From Candidatus Zhuqueibacterota bacterium (GTDB lineage Bacteria; Zhuqueibacterota; Zhuqueibacteria; Residuimicrobiales; Residuimicrobiaceae), in the NCBI GenBank assembly GCA_963169875.1, contig CAUJEL010000040.1:93570-157569 (forward strand): DNA of 64,000 nt, read 5' to 3'. The position numbers and the translations under genes are program-made. Below, piece by piece: positions 30,089 to 38,903 of the stretch (its first letter is position 1; each line of letters starts with the position of its first letter). The notes under the pieces were generated by a model, which did not search any database, was not told the DNA's origin, and was given only the letters and a program-made list of their open reading frames with translations.

Positions 30089-31459
30089 TCATGGCAGCCG
30101 TTTCTTCATTTCCTCCATTTCGGCTTTCATGGATTTCACAACTTCGAGCAGATAGACACTGACCTTTTCATAGCTCACCCCATCGGGACGGCCGTCATTG
30201 TCATAAACCACCAGGTTTTTCAGTCCCAGATCTTCCAGTTCCTCGGCGATATAGCCATAATTTTTAACACCACTGTCTTTATACGTGAAGGAAACAGGCC
30301 TGGCCTGCAGAATGGCATCAAAGTTGTCCTGCAAGTCGCTGACCTTTTCCTTGTAACGAATGGATGATGACTGTTTGACAATTTTCCCGGAACTCACATA
30401 GAGAATATTCCCGGTCCCATTGTCCAGGCCGGTAAAATTGACGGCGTTTGAAGTAACCGTGAGAGGACCCGTCGACACCGATGCCGAGCTTATAGCACCG
30501 GTGGTACTGATGCCCCCGGTGCCGACGGACAGCGATCCGGATGGATGCGTGGTTACATTTCCGTTTTCATAGACCGCGAAAATTTGCACGCCGGCATCTC
30601 CATAGTTGGCGCCATCATGGCGGATTTCGAAATACTCGCCGGTGTTATTCTTGTCGAAATCGAGCCAAAAAACCCAATTGCCGTTCGAACCGAGACGGTT
30701 CGTATTTGACAGCGCGGACAGAAACATGATCGAGCCATCGGGATGATCCGTACGAATGCCGGCATCAGATGAATTGATATAAAGGCCAGCCCCGGTCTGC
30801 ATGGCGGTCGTGCCGATGGCCAGATGACCCACATTCAGAATATCCTGCAAGGTGGCGTTATTGCCAACGGTCAACACCTGACTGAGATTCTGAATCTCAT
30901 TGCTGGCGCTTTGGTCCACGGCGGAGACGGTTCGGCCGGACACCGTGATGCCTGCCCCTGCCAGAGGCGTTTCATTGGTGATGCTCTGATCAACCGCGGT
31001 TACGGTGCGCCCTGAAACGGTGATCCCTGCCCCGGCCAGGGGCGTTTCATTGGCCGGATCGGCATCGGCATCGTTGATCAAATCCGTAAAAGCGATGGTG
31101 ACATTACTGCCAATGGTTCTCGTTAAGGTCAGGGTTTTCGACGTGGTGCCGCTGACACTGCCACCGTTGACCACGCCATCAGCGCCGGAAGGCGCTGCGG
31201 CCCAGCCGCCATTGCCAAGCCCATCCGTGGCGGTCCACACATATCCGGCGGTGGAAGTGCCAATCTGCAGGCTTTGCGTTTTGGTCTTGCCCTGAACATC
31301 CAGCTTGCTCGCCGCATCCGGGGCAGCGGCGCCAATGGCGACGCCGCCTGTCTGCGTCACCTGCATCAGGAGATTATTATTCGAATTCTTGATTTCCAGC
31401 TGCGACCATGCACTGCAATACGATACCCCAAAAACAAAAAACAGTATGCGAATTTTCAT
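30089..31459 (-). CDS. Secreted phage-tail-fibre-like protein 3 with peptidase S74-type intramolecular chaperone
   Basis: ...AWS|QLEIKNS; SSIRYKEKV..ARPVSFTYK..YGYIAEEL..VSYEKVSVYLLEVVK plus coiled coil. Confidence 0.85.
   Translation of the reverse strand: MKIRILFFVFGVSYCSAWSQLEIKNSNNNLLMQVTQTGGVAIGAAAPDAASKLDVQGKTKTQSLQIGTSTAGYVWTATDGLGNGGWAAAPSGADGVVNGGSVSGTTSKTLTLTRTIGSNVTIAFTDLINDADADPANETPLAGAGITVSGRTVTAVDQSITNETPLAGAGITVSGRTVSAVDQSASNEIQNLSQVLTVGNNATLQDILNVGHLAIGTTAMQTGAGLYINSSDAGIRTDHPDGSIMFLSALSNTNRLGSNGNWVFWLDFDKNNTGEYFEIRHDGANYGDAGVQIFAVYENGNVTTHPSGSLSVGTGGISTTGAISSASVSTGPLTVTSNAVNFTGLDNGTGNILYVSSGKIVKQSSSIRYKEKVSDLQDNFDAILQARPVSFTYKDSGVKNYGYIAEELEDLGLKNLVVYDNDGRPDGVSYEKVSVYLLEVVKSMKAEMEEMKKRLP
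30902..31051 (-). repeat. Two 75-nt (25-aa) tandem units
   Basis: NETPLAGAGITVSGRTV(T/S)AVDQS occurs twice. Confidence 0.9.
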
Positions 31460-31597
31460 GATTTTCTCCACGTAAAAATGTCATAAAAAATTTACACTTG
31501 TCGTAAATCAAATACAGGTTGATTTACCCACAAATGTTGGATATAATTATTTTTATTATGTTTAAGATGTTCCTCACATGAGATGCATTGCCAGAAA

Positions 31598-31613
31598 AGC
31601 AATTTTCGTACCA
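31598..31613 (-). promoter_or_regulatory. Sigma54-type promoter of fibre gene 3
   Basis: Minus strand TGGTAC-GAAAA-TTGCT. Confidence 0.7.
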
Positions 31614-31771
31614 TTTGCCTGTGCATACAAAAAGAAAAAAGCAAGTTTGACGAAACAGGAGCAAGTACCGCATCTGATAGATTGCAAATAGTGGATAGAA
31701 TGGTTGGGTAAAATCGTTTGAGTGGAGTAAAGCCGGCAAGTCCATGTTAAACTTGCCGGCTGAAGATAAGA

Positions 31772-32914
31772 TCAGAACTCGCCTTCGACGCCCAGGCCCG
31801 GCTTGTCCGGCAGAATCAACCAGCCGTCTTTCACCCGTACGCCCTTGAAGGGGTCGCCGGCCAGGAGCAGGTTGCCGTCGAGATCCGGATAGTCGGTCAA
31901 GGGTGACAGGTGCGCCGCCGCGGTGATGGAGAGCGAGCTGGAAACCATGCAGCCGAGCATGATCTTCATGCCCAGCGAACGCGCCATCCAGATCATGCGC
32001 AGCGATTCCTGCAAGCCGCCCGCCTTGTCCACTTTGATGTTGATGCCATCAAACGCCTCGGCCAGTTTGGGAATGTCGCGGCTGGTTTTCACCGATTCAT
32101 CGGCGATGATGGGTATCGACGCGCGTTCCTTCACCCAGGCCGTCTCCTCGAGCATATCGGAGGGCATGGGTTGTTCGACGATATCCACGCCATTCTGCGC
32201 CAGCCACTCCACCTTGCGCAGCGCCAGTTCCTTGTCTTTCCAACCTTCATTGGCATCCACCCGCAGGGTTTTATTGGTGACGCTGCGTACTGCAGCCAGA
32301 ATCTCTTCGTCGTTCTCCTTGCCCATCTTGATCTTGAGCAGAGGATAGGGCGCCGCCTCTTCCACTTTCTGCTTGACCATGTCCATGGTATCGATGCCGA
32401 TGGAAAACGTGGTTTGCGGCGCTTTGGACGCATCCAGACCCCACATCTGATAGAGCGGAATGCCCAGCGATTTGCTCACCCAATCCATCAGCGCGATATC
32501 GATGGCCGCCTTGGCCGCAGTCTGGCCTTCGCACACCGCCTGAATGGCATCATTGACATCGACGAATTTCCAGGGATCGCACGCCGCCAAAATGGGCCGT
32601 GCCTTTTCAAGCGTCGCCAGAATGGATTCCAGCGACTCGCCGTAACGCACGTTATGCGCGGCTTCGCCGAGTCCGACCACACCGTCTTTTTCGAGTTTGA
32701 CAAACGCATATTCTTTATAGGTGCTGGTGTTGCGGGCGATGGTCCAGGCGTGGCGAAGGTCGAGACGCTTGGTCTTGATCTCCATCTTGAATCCGCCCGC
32801 TGATTTGCTCTTTTTCGCCTCCCTGGCCAGCAAGGGAGAGGCTGTGGCAGCCGCGCCCGCGGCGAGTACGGTCTTGCCCGTTGTTTTCAAAAATTCTTTT
32901 CGCGACATGGACAT
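31772..32914 (-). CDS. Dipeptide (L-Ala-D/L-Glu-type) epimerase, enolase superfamily, with Tat-like signal
   Basis: SRKEFLK leader; KIKMG, RVDANEGW, EQP, ADES, NIKVDKAGG, GCM, DLDG; AGGAGG SD. Confidence 0.9.
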   Translation of the reverse strand: MSMSRKEFLKTTGKTVLAAGAAATASPLLAREAKKSKSAGGFKMEIKTKRLDLRHAWTIARNTSTYKEYAFVKLEKDGVVGLGEAAHNVRYGESLESILATLEKARPILAACDPWKFVDVNDAIQAVCEGQTAAKAAIDIALMDWVSKSLGIPLYQMWGLDASKAPQTTFSIGIDTMDMVKQKVEEAAPYPLLKIKMGKENDEEILAAVRSVTNKTLRVDANEGWKDKELALRKVEWLAQNGVDIVEQPMPSDMLEETAWVKERASIPIIADESVKTSRDIPKLAEAFDGINIKVDKAGGLQESLRMIWMARSLGMKIMLGCMVSSSLSITAAAHLSPLTDYPDLDGNLLLAGDPFKGVRVKDGWLILPDKPGLGVEGEF

Positions 32915-33130
32915 TCTTATCCTCCTGAAAAGTTTCACAAAGTTACGAGATTCCCCGCAAAAAGGCAACTGATATGTTGTATTCTGATTCGCGGTCGTCG
33001 CCCCTGTTTACGAACCGCCGAGTTGCATCAACACCCTTTTATTTTGCCAGTTAACAGCAAATCTGGACTAAATTATCTTTCATTGAATGTGTTACTTTTT
33101 TAACTTGGTTACGTATGAAAAAGAGAAAAT

Positions 33131-34246
33131 TTGAGGTGTATATTGACTTCTTCAACCCAACAATCTGAACAACAGCCTCTGGGCAGAGTGATACGCGACG
33201 ATCTGCGCCGCGGTGGCTATTTCACGCAGATGCGCCGCGAATACGCGGAGCTGAAAGAGTTCTATCTGACCGAAGAACAGCATGCCAAACTGCGCGCCTC
33301 CTCGGCGGTCAAAGGATTCTTCTTAACCAGCTGGTGGCTCTTCAAGAGTCTGTTGTTACACATGAATTCCTTCCGCAGGATTCTGCTGCTGCTCACGCTG
33401 CTGCTGCTGGGACTGCCGCGCTGTGAATATCGCGGCGAGCAGGTGCAAACCGTGGCCGAAACCAGCGGTGCCATCATTGTCGTGCTGCTGCTGTTGCTCA
33501 TGATGGAAGTAAAAGACAAGATGCTGGCCCGCAGCGAATTGCAGGCGGGACGCCTGGTGCAAAAAGCCCTGATTCCGGAAACGCCGCCCGTGATCCCGGG
33601 CTGGTCCATCTGGCTCTATTATCACCCCGCCAACGATGTCGGCGGCGATCTGCTCGATTATCTGCCGCTAAGCGACAAACGCCACGGCCTCGCCATCGGC
33701 GACATCGCCGACAAAGGCCTCGGCGCCGCTTTGTTGATGGCCAAGCTGCAGGCCACCCTGCGCGCCCTGGCGCCGGAGACCAAAAATTTATCGCAATTGG
33801 CCCACAAAATCAATCAGATCTACGTCCGTGATACCCTGGCCAACCGCTTTGCCTCACTGATTTATCTGGAAATAGCGCCGGCATCGAGCAAGGTACGGTT
33901 CGTCAATGCCGGTCATCAGCCGCCGCTGTGGATCAAATCTGATAGGATCGAAGAATGGCACAAAGGCAATCCGGCGCTGGGCATTCAGTCCAATCTGGAA
34001 TTCGCGGCGGACCGTGTGGAAATGGCGCCTGGAGACATGCTGCTCTTTTATTCGGATGGATTGGTCGATGCCCGAAATTGGGAAGGCGCCTTTTATGGCG
34101 AGGAACGGTTGCGGGCGGATCTGGAACGCTATAAAACCTCGGATGCGAAACAATTGGGCGAAAAGCTGATCCGGCGGCTGCAGGCCTTTGTCGGCGAATC
34201 CCCCACCCACGATGACATCACCATGATTCTGCTGCAAAGGGTATAA
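33131..34246 (+). CDS. Membrane-associated PP2C/SpoIIE-family phosphatase
   Basis: VGGDLLD, IGDIADKG, NAGH, YSDGLVD, HDDITMI. Confidence 0.92.
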   Translation: MRCILTSSTQQSEQQPLGRVIRDDLRRGGYFTQMRREYAELKEFYLTEEQHAKLRASSAVKGFFLTSWWLFKSLLLHMNSFRRILLLLTLLLLGLPRCEYRGEQVQTVAETSGAIIVVLLLLLMMEVKDKMLARSELQAGRLVQKALIPETPPVIPGWSIWLYYHPANDVGGDLLDYLPLSDKRHGLAIGDIADKGLGAALLMAKLQATLRALAPETKNLSQLAHKINQIYVRDTLANRFASLIYLEIAPASSKVRFVNAGHQPPLWIKSDRIEEWHKGNPALGIQSNLEFAADRVEMAPGDMLLFYSDGLVDARNWEGAFYGEERLRADLERYKTSDAKQLGEKLIRRLQAFVGESPTHDDITMILLQRV

Positions 34247-34510
34247 TCCCCGTCAATCCTTATTTAAAATACGATCGTCCGGGGACTCTTCCCCGGAGGG
34301 AAGGACGGTGCCCTGAACGCAGCGGAGGGTCTCCTGCACACAGGTACGACTTGTTCTTCCGCCCAGGGAAAGAATTCGCTGGGCGATGGGGTTCTTCCTT
34401 TTTCTCCCGCAGACGCAGACGCTGAGAAAAAGCCAGCTTACTCTTTTCCTCTGCGCCTTGGCGTCTTGGCGCGAGTTGATTTACATAATTGGTTCCGCCC
34501 AGGGAAAGGA

Positions 34511-34627
34511 CAGGCTGTCCAGGAACCTCGGGAATCGAGTTTAGACGACTGAATGTGGTGCGAATACTGTTTTCTTGATCCACATATAGTTGATTTTGCT
34601 CAAAACAGCTAGTTCCTGGACAGCCTG
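34511..34627. mobile_element. 117-bp MITE with perfect 16-bp TIRs and 4-bp target duplication
   Basis: CAGGCTGTCCAGGAAC ... GTTCCTGGACAGCCTG flanked by AGGA on both sides. Confidence 0.75.
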
Positions 34628-34702
34628 AGGATTCCTTGGGCGATCGAAATCGTGAGATCCCGTCGCAGGACCTAAAAGATGCTTACAGCATGACAAAAAT
34701 GC

Positions 34703-36322
34703 TCAATCCACGCCCGAAATCTGCCGGTCGCGCGGATAACTCACTTTAAAATGAAGGGTTACTTCCTTCTTTTCCTTCGGCTTGAGTTCCACATTCCAGC
34801 TCAACTTCTGATTTTCTTTATTCCATTCGCTCGCATCCGGAACCAGTTTGACATCCTCGACCTTGACTTCTTCCTGAAGCGAACGCGGCAGCTGATCCAC
34901 CAGCGTCAGGCGCACCGCCTGGGCCTTGTAATTCTCCAGCGTGATGCGATAATCGTATTCCACTTCATGCTTTTTACTCACCACGCCGGCATTGCTGTCG
35001 TATTTTTTCACCAATTCGCGTTTGACTTTCATGCCCTCATCAATGCCCAGTGACAAATCCACTTTTTCGCCGGGCGCCAGGGCAGTAAACGCGCTGCGGC
35101 CGACAAAATCGCCGTCCACATAAACCAGTGCCTCGCCGCTGAGCATGGGATAGGCGCTGCTGTTGGTCAGCTTGCCCTGCAGATAAACAAAAGGACTCAA
35201 CCTGGGGATTGTGATATAAGCCATCTCCGCCGGGAACGTCTCACGGGAGATCAAGACCTTGGCCGGTTCTTCACCGCTCAGAACATCCCGTTTGCCGGTG
35301 ACCGCAAACTGTGCCGTTATGGATTTGCTCTCCAGCCGTGTCGGCGCGGGCGCCATCACCATATCCAGCGTACCCGTTTCTTCCGCCTGCTGCACCGCCA
35401 ACGCCATCTGCTCGCGATTTACCTTGTGCAGCGAAACGGGCCGTTCTTCCCACAGCCGCACATCCCAGGGCCGCCATTCCGGCGCCCTGGCACTGCGATG
35501 CGGCGAGGCTGTCGACAGCACCACATCCACCTGATTCCAATCCTCGCCGCTCTTTTGCCGGATATGGCCGGAATAGACAACTTCCACCTTGCCCGATTGC
35601 GGCAGCGCCCTGACTTCATAGCTCGGCCACCAGCTGACATCCTCCACCAGATAGGAGATCAAAACATCCACCGGCCCGCTCCTGGCGGCGCGCAAAGAAA
35701 GCGTGATCGATTTCTCCTCGCGCGGTTTGGCGGATTCCATGTCGCTCATCTGCTTTTTCAGGACCTCCATCTGCGTCTTGAGGTCCTTGCGCTTATACTC
35801 CAACCCGACTTTCCGGGTGTAAACTTTGTTGAGATTCTCCGCGATGAATGACATGCTTGAGGACCAGGCCGCTGTGGCGGGTTTGCCCAAAGCCACCTGC
35901 TTGCCGGCTTCTGCGCTGCTGGTGGATTGAATGGAAGTGAGAAAAGTCTCCTGAGCCGCCAGCGTTTTCAGCTCCGTCTCCAATAATTTGTCCTCTTTTT
36001 CGAGATCGGCGATCTCGTCGGCCAGCTTGCGCACCTGGCCTTCTTCCGGCTTTTCCAGGTACCAGTGCTCGACCACCACATCTTCCAGCTGCACCTCGGC
36101 GGCGCCCTCCACTCTGGCATAAACCGATTCGTCCTGCAGGATGGCCGGCAAGTTCTGGATCGTCACCTCATTGAGACCCGCCTGCAACCGCACCGCCGCC
36201 TGGCGCTGTACCATGGCCATCTCCGGATAGACGATGACCTGGACGATTTCCGTTTTGATATCCGCGGCAACAAGCGCGGTTGCCGTCAACAACAAAAGCG
36301 CCATGTTTTTGAACATATTCAC
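34703..36322 (-). CDS. DUF4140/DUF4139 (MuiA-like) exported protein
   Basis: IVQVIVYPEMAMVQR, SYLVEDVSWWPSY, QKSGEDWNQV..LST. Confidence 0.88.
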   Translation of the reverse strand: MNMFKNMALLLLTATALVAADIKTEIVQVIVYPEMAMVQRQAAVRLQAGLNEVTIQNLPAILQDESVYARVEGAAEVQLEDVVVEHWYLEKPEEGQVRKLADEIADLEKEDKLLETELKTLAAQETFLTSIQSTSSAEAGKQVALGKPATAAWSSSMSFIAENLNKVYTRKVGLEYKRKDLKTQMEVLKKQMSDMESAKPREEKSITLSLRAARSGPVDVLISYLVEDVSWWPSYEVRALPQSGKVEVVYSGHIRQKSGEDWNQVDVVLSTASPHRSARAPEWRPWDVRLWEERPVSLHKVNREQMALAVQQAEETGTLDMVMAPAPTRLESKSITAQFAVTGKRDVLSGEEPAKVLISRETFPAEMAYITIPRLSPFVYLQGKLTNSSAYPMLSGEALVYVDGDFVGRSAFTALAPGEKVDLSLGIDEGMKVKRELVKKYDSNAGVVSKKHEVEYDYRITLENYKAQAVRLTLVDQLPRSLQEEVKVEDVKLVPDASEWNKENQKLSWNVELKPKEKKEVTLHFKVSYPRDRQISGVD

Positions 36323-36350
36323 GCTCCAAATTTATTTAATGATAGGTTTC

Positions 36351-37112
36351 TTACCAGCCTTTTTCAGCCACAACCAGCAGTTCAAAGTGATCTCCGGTCA
36401 AGGGCCTGTCCACTTGGAAATCCCCGGTATCGCATCCCCATATTCTGATATTGCGGCACTGCAGCGTCTTCAACATCCAGGTGATTTCCGAAGGCGCATA
36501 GTAGCGCTCATTGCATTGCATGGTGCGAACCTGACCGTCATCATCCGCGCATTCAAAAGTGGAATGGTCCCGGAAGGTCATGAGATCAAACTGATGTTGT
36601 GAACTTTTACCCTCCACCGTGTTATCGGCCATAAACTGTTCGGTTGAATGCGTCAGCGGAAAGAGAGCATTGAGGGAAGTGAAGATGAGCAGGCCTTTGG
36701 GTTTCAGGGCCATGACGGCGCTGGTGAGGATGTTGAAATTCATCTCATCGGTTTCCATGAGGGAAAACCCGCCTTCGCAGAGCATAATGGCCACATCGAA
36801 TTCTTCGCTGAACTGCAGATGGCGCGCATCGGCGACGGAAAAGTCGACCTGCACGCCCGCGGCAGCGGCTTTTTCCGCAGCGCGCTGAAGCTGCGAGGGG
36901 GAGAGATCAACGCCGGTCACCCGATAGCCGCGTTTGGCCAGTTCGATGGCGTGGCGGCCCGTGCCGCAGCCGATAACCAGAATGGTGCGGGAGCGATCCG
37001 CATGGATGAGTTTCTCGATGAACTCCACTTCCTGCAGGGTGCCCTGGGTGAAATGCTCCTGATCATACGTGCGGGCATAATTGGTGAACAGGGTCTGATA
37101 CCATTGTGTCAA
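36351..37112 (-). CDS. Class I SAM-dependent methyltransferase
   Basis: ILVIGCGTGRH, GVDLS, DARHL, LCEGGF. Confidence 0.9.
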   Translation of the reverse strand: MTQWYQTLFTNYARTYDQEHFTQGTLQEVEFIEKLIHADRSRTILVIGCGTGRHAIELAKRGYRVTGVDLSPSQLQRAAEKAAAAGVQVDFSVADARHLQFSEEFDVAIMLCEGGFSLMETDEMNFNILTSAVMALKPKGLLIFTSLNALFPLTHSTEQFMADNTVEGKSSQHQFDLMTFRDHSTFECADDDGQVRTMQCNERYYAPSEITWMLKTLQCRNIRIWGCDTGDFQVDRPLTGDHFELLVVAEKGW

Positions 37113-37194
37113 GGGAAAGGCTCCTTATCGATAACGCGTTTGCCTGCCTCTATTTGCTAAAATATGTTGGGGGTGCTTTTCCGGAACGAGCACA

Positions 37195-37368
37195 CTAGCG
37201 AAAAAATTGCCGCGCCATGTGTATCAATGGCCAGAGAAGCAATAGCAGTATAATGAACACCGTGATCTTGTATCTCATTCGCAGGCGCGGAAATTCATAG
37301 CCGCAGATGGGACAGCGCCCGGCGTCGCCACGGATTTCCACTGCACATGAAGGACATTCTTTCCGCAT
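37195..37368 (-). CDS. Small zinc-ribbon membrane protein
   Basis: CPSC..CPICG followed by a TM helix, 57 aa. Confidence 0.75.
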   Translation of the reverse strand: MRKECPSCAVEIRGDAGRCPICGYEFPRLRMRYKITVFIILLLLLWPLIHMARQFFR

Positions 37369-37480
37369 CACCACCCCGTTTATCAAGGAGTCATCTAGCC
37401 ATAAGGCAGGTATTTTAAAGTATTAAACAAACCCTAAAATAGCAAGATAAAATTGCGAACGCAGCCGGATGCATGAGCTG

Positions 37481-37509
37481 TTGACTCTGTGGCAGTAATT
37501 TGCTATATT
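37481..37509 (+). promoter_or_regulatory. Sigma70 promoter
   Basis: TTGACT-17nt-TATATT. Confidence 0.65.
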
Positions 37510-37542
37510 AATGGGTCTTACGGCATTGATTCATGAACAGGA

Positions 37543-38667
37543 TTGAAAACCATGCAGGATCCGCGTATTGAAAAACTGGCGCACATCATAACGACGCACT
37601 CTTTACGCGTGCAGCCGGAGGAGCGCGTCTTTATCGAAGCCACCGATGTGCCCGAGGAGATCGTCATCCAGCTCATGCGCCGGATACGGGATGCGGGCGC
37701 ATGGCCTTACGTCCATCTCAAAGGTAATCGCATCCAGCGCGAAATTTTCCGCCTCTGCGACGCAGCAACGCTGGAGAGAATGGGTCAGTGGGAGGCGGCA
37801 CAGATAGCGGACATGCAGGCCTATATCGGTCTGCGCGGCAGTCACAACGTCAACGAACTCTCCGACGTGCCGGATGCGCAGATGCGCCTCTATCGCGAGT
37901 TATGGTGGCAGCCCGTGCACCAGGCCATCCGCATCCCCAAGACCCGCTGGGTGGTGCTGCGCTGGCCCCATGCCGCCATGGCGCAGCTGGCGCAGATGAG
38001 CACCGAGGCCTTTGAAGATTTTTATTTCCGGGTCTGCACCCTGGATTATGCCAGGATGGCAAGCGCCATGGAAAATCTGGTCGAACGCATGCAGCGGACC
38101 GATCAGGTCCAAATCGCCGGACCGGGCACTGATTTGCACTTTTCCATCAAGGGCATGCCCGCCATCGCCTGCGCCGGCACTTACAATCTGCCCGACGGCG
38201 AGGTCTATACCGCACCCATCAAAACATCGGTTCAGGGACGGGTTCGCTTCAGCGCCCGTTCCATCTATCTGGGCGTCGTTCATGAAGGCATCGAGCTGGA
38301 ATTCAGGGACGGCAAAATCATCGCCGCCACCTCGGATAAGGCTTCGTTGCTCAACCAGATCCTCGACTCGGATGAAGGCGCCCGCTTCATCGGCGAGTTC
38401 GCGCTGGGCGTCAATCCCCATATCACCCGGCCCATGCTCGACATCCTCTTTGACGAAAAAATCGCGGGCTCTTTTCATCTCACGCCGGGCAGCTGCCTCG
38501 ATAACACGCCCAACGGCAACCGTTCGCAGATACACTGGGACATGGTCTGCATCCAGACCCCGGAGTACGGCGGCGGCAAAATATTCTTCGACGATGAACT
38601 TGTCCGCAAAGATGGCCTCTTTGTTCCGGCCGACTTGCAGGAATTAAATCCACAGCAACTCGTTTAA
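37543..38667 (+). CDS. Aminopeptidase, M29 (AmpS/AmpT-like)
   Basis: NLPDGEVYTAP, GEFALG, FDEKIAGSFHLTPG, IHWDMV. Confidence 0.92.
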   Translation: MKTMQDPRIEKLAHIITTHSLRVQPEERVFIEATDVPEEIVIQLMRRIRDAGAWPYVHLKGNRIQREIFRLCDAATLERMGQWEAAQIADMQAYIGLRGSHNVNELSDVPDAQMRLYRELWWQPVHQAIRIPKTRWVVLRWPHAAMAQLAQMSTEAFEDFYFRVCTLDYARMASAMENLVERMQRTDQVQIAGPGTDLHFSIKGMPAIACAGTYNLPDGEVYTAPIKTSVQGRVRFSARSIYLGVVHEGIELEFRDGKIIAATSDKASLLNQILDSDEGARFIGEFALGVNPHITRPMLDILFDEKIAGSFHLTPGSCLDNTPNGNRSQIHWDMVCIQTPEYGGGKIFFDDELVRKDGLFVPADLQELNPQQLV

Positions 38668-38679
38668 GGAGATCCTCCC

Positions 38680-38901
38680 ATGAAAATGACCATCGAATAT
38701 TGCGCCCAATGACACTATGATCCGGAAGCGGCCAGGTTGGCCGACGCGCTAAAAGACAAGTATGGCGTAAAAGCAGAACTCATCCCCTCCGGCGGCGGCG
38801 TCTTTGAAGTACGCAAGGACGGCGAACTGATTTTTTCCAAAAAAGCCAGCGGGCGATTTCCCCAACACGAGGAAATTTTTAACAAACTGGATGGAAAATA
38901 A
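38680..38901 (+). CDS. SelW/SelT/SelH (Rdx-family) selenoprotein, 73 aa
   Basis: MKMTIEYCAQ-UGA(38710-12)-HYDPEAARLAD..GGGVFEV..LIFSK..GRFP; frame stays open to TAA 38901. Confidence 0.92.
38729..38743 (+). promoter_or_regulatory. Bacterial SECIS hairpin
   Basis: CGGCCA-GGT-TGGCCG starting 16 nt after the UGA; G-containing apical loop like the E. coli fdhF SECIS. Confidence 0.75.
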
Positions 38902-38903
38902 AC

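Noticed and set aside
15030-31459. Prophage remnant explanation for the tail-fibre-like genes
   Set aside because: No capsid, terminase, integrase or other phage genes are present; the genes have signal peptides, their own promoters and terminators, and lie among housekeeping genes.
33089-33115. Second NikR site upstream of the PP2C gene (GTGTTACTTTTTT)
   Set aside because: Only the left half-site matches; there is no TAACAC at the required spacing.
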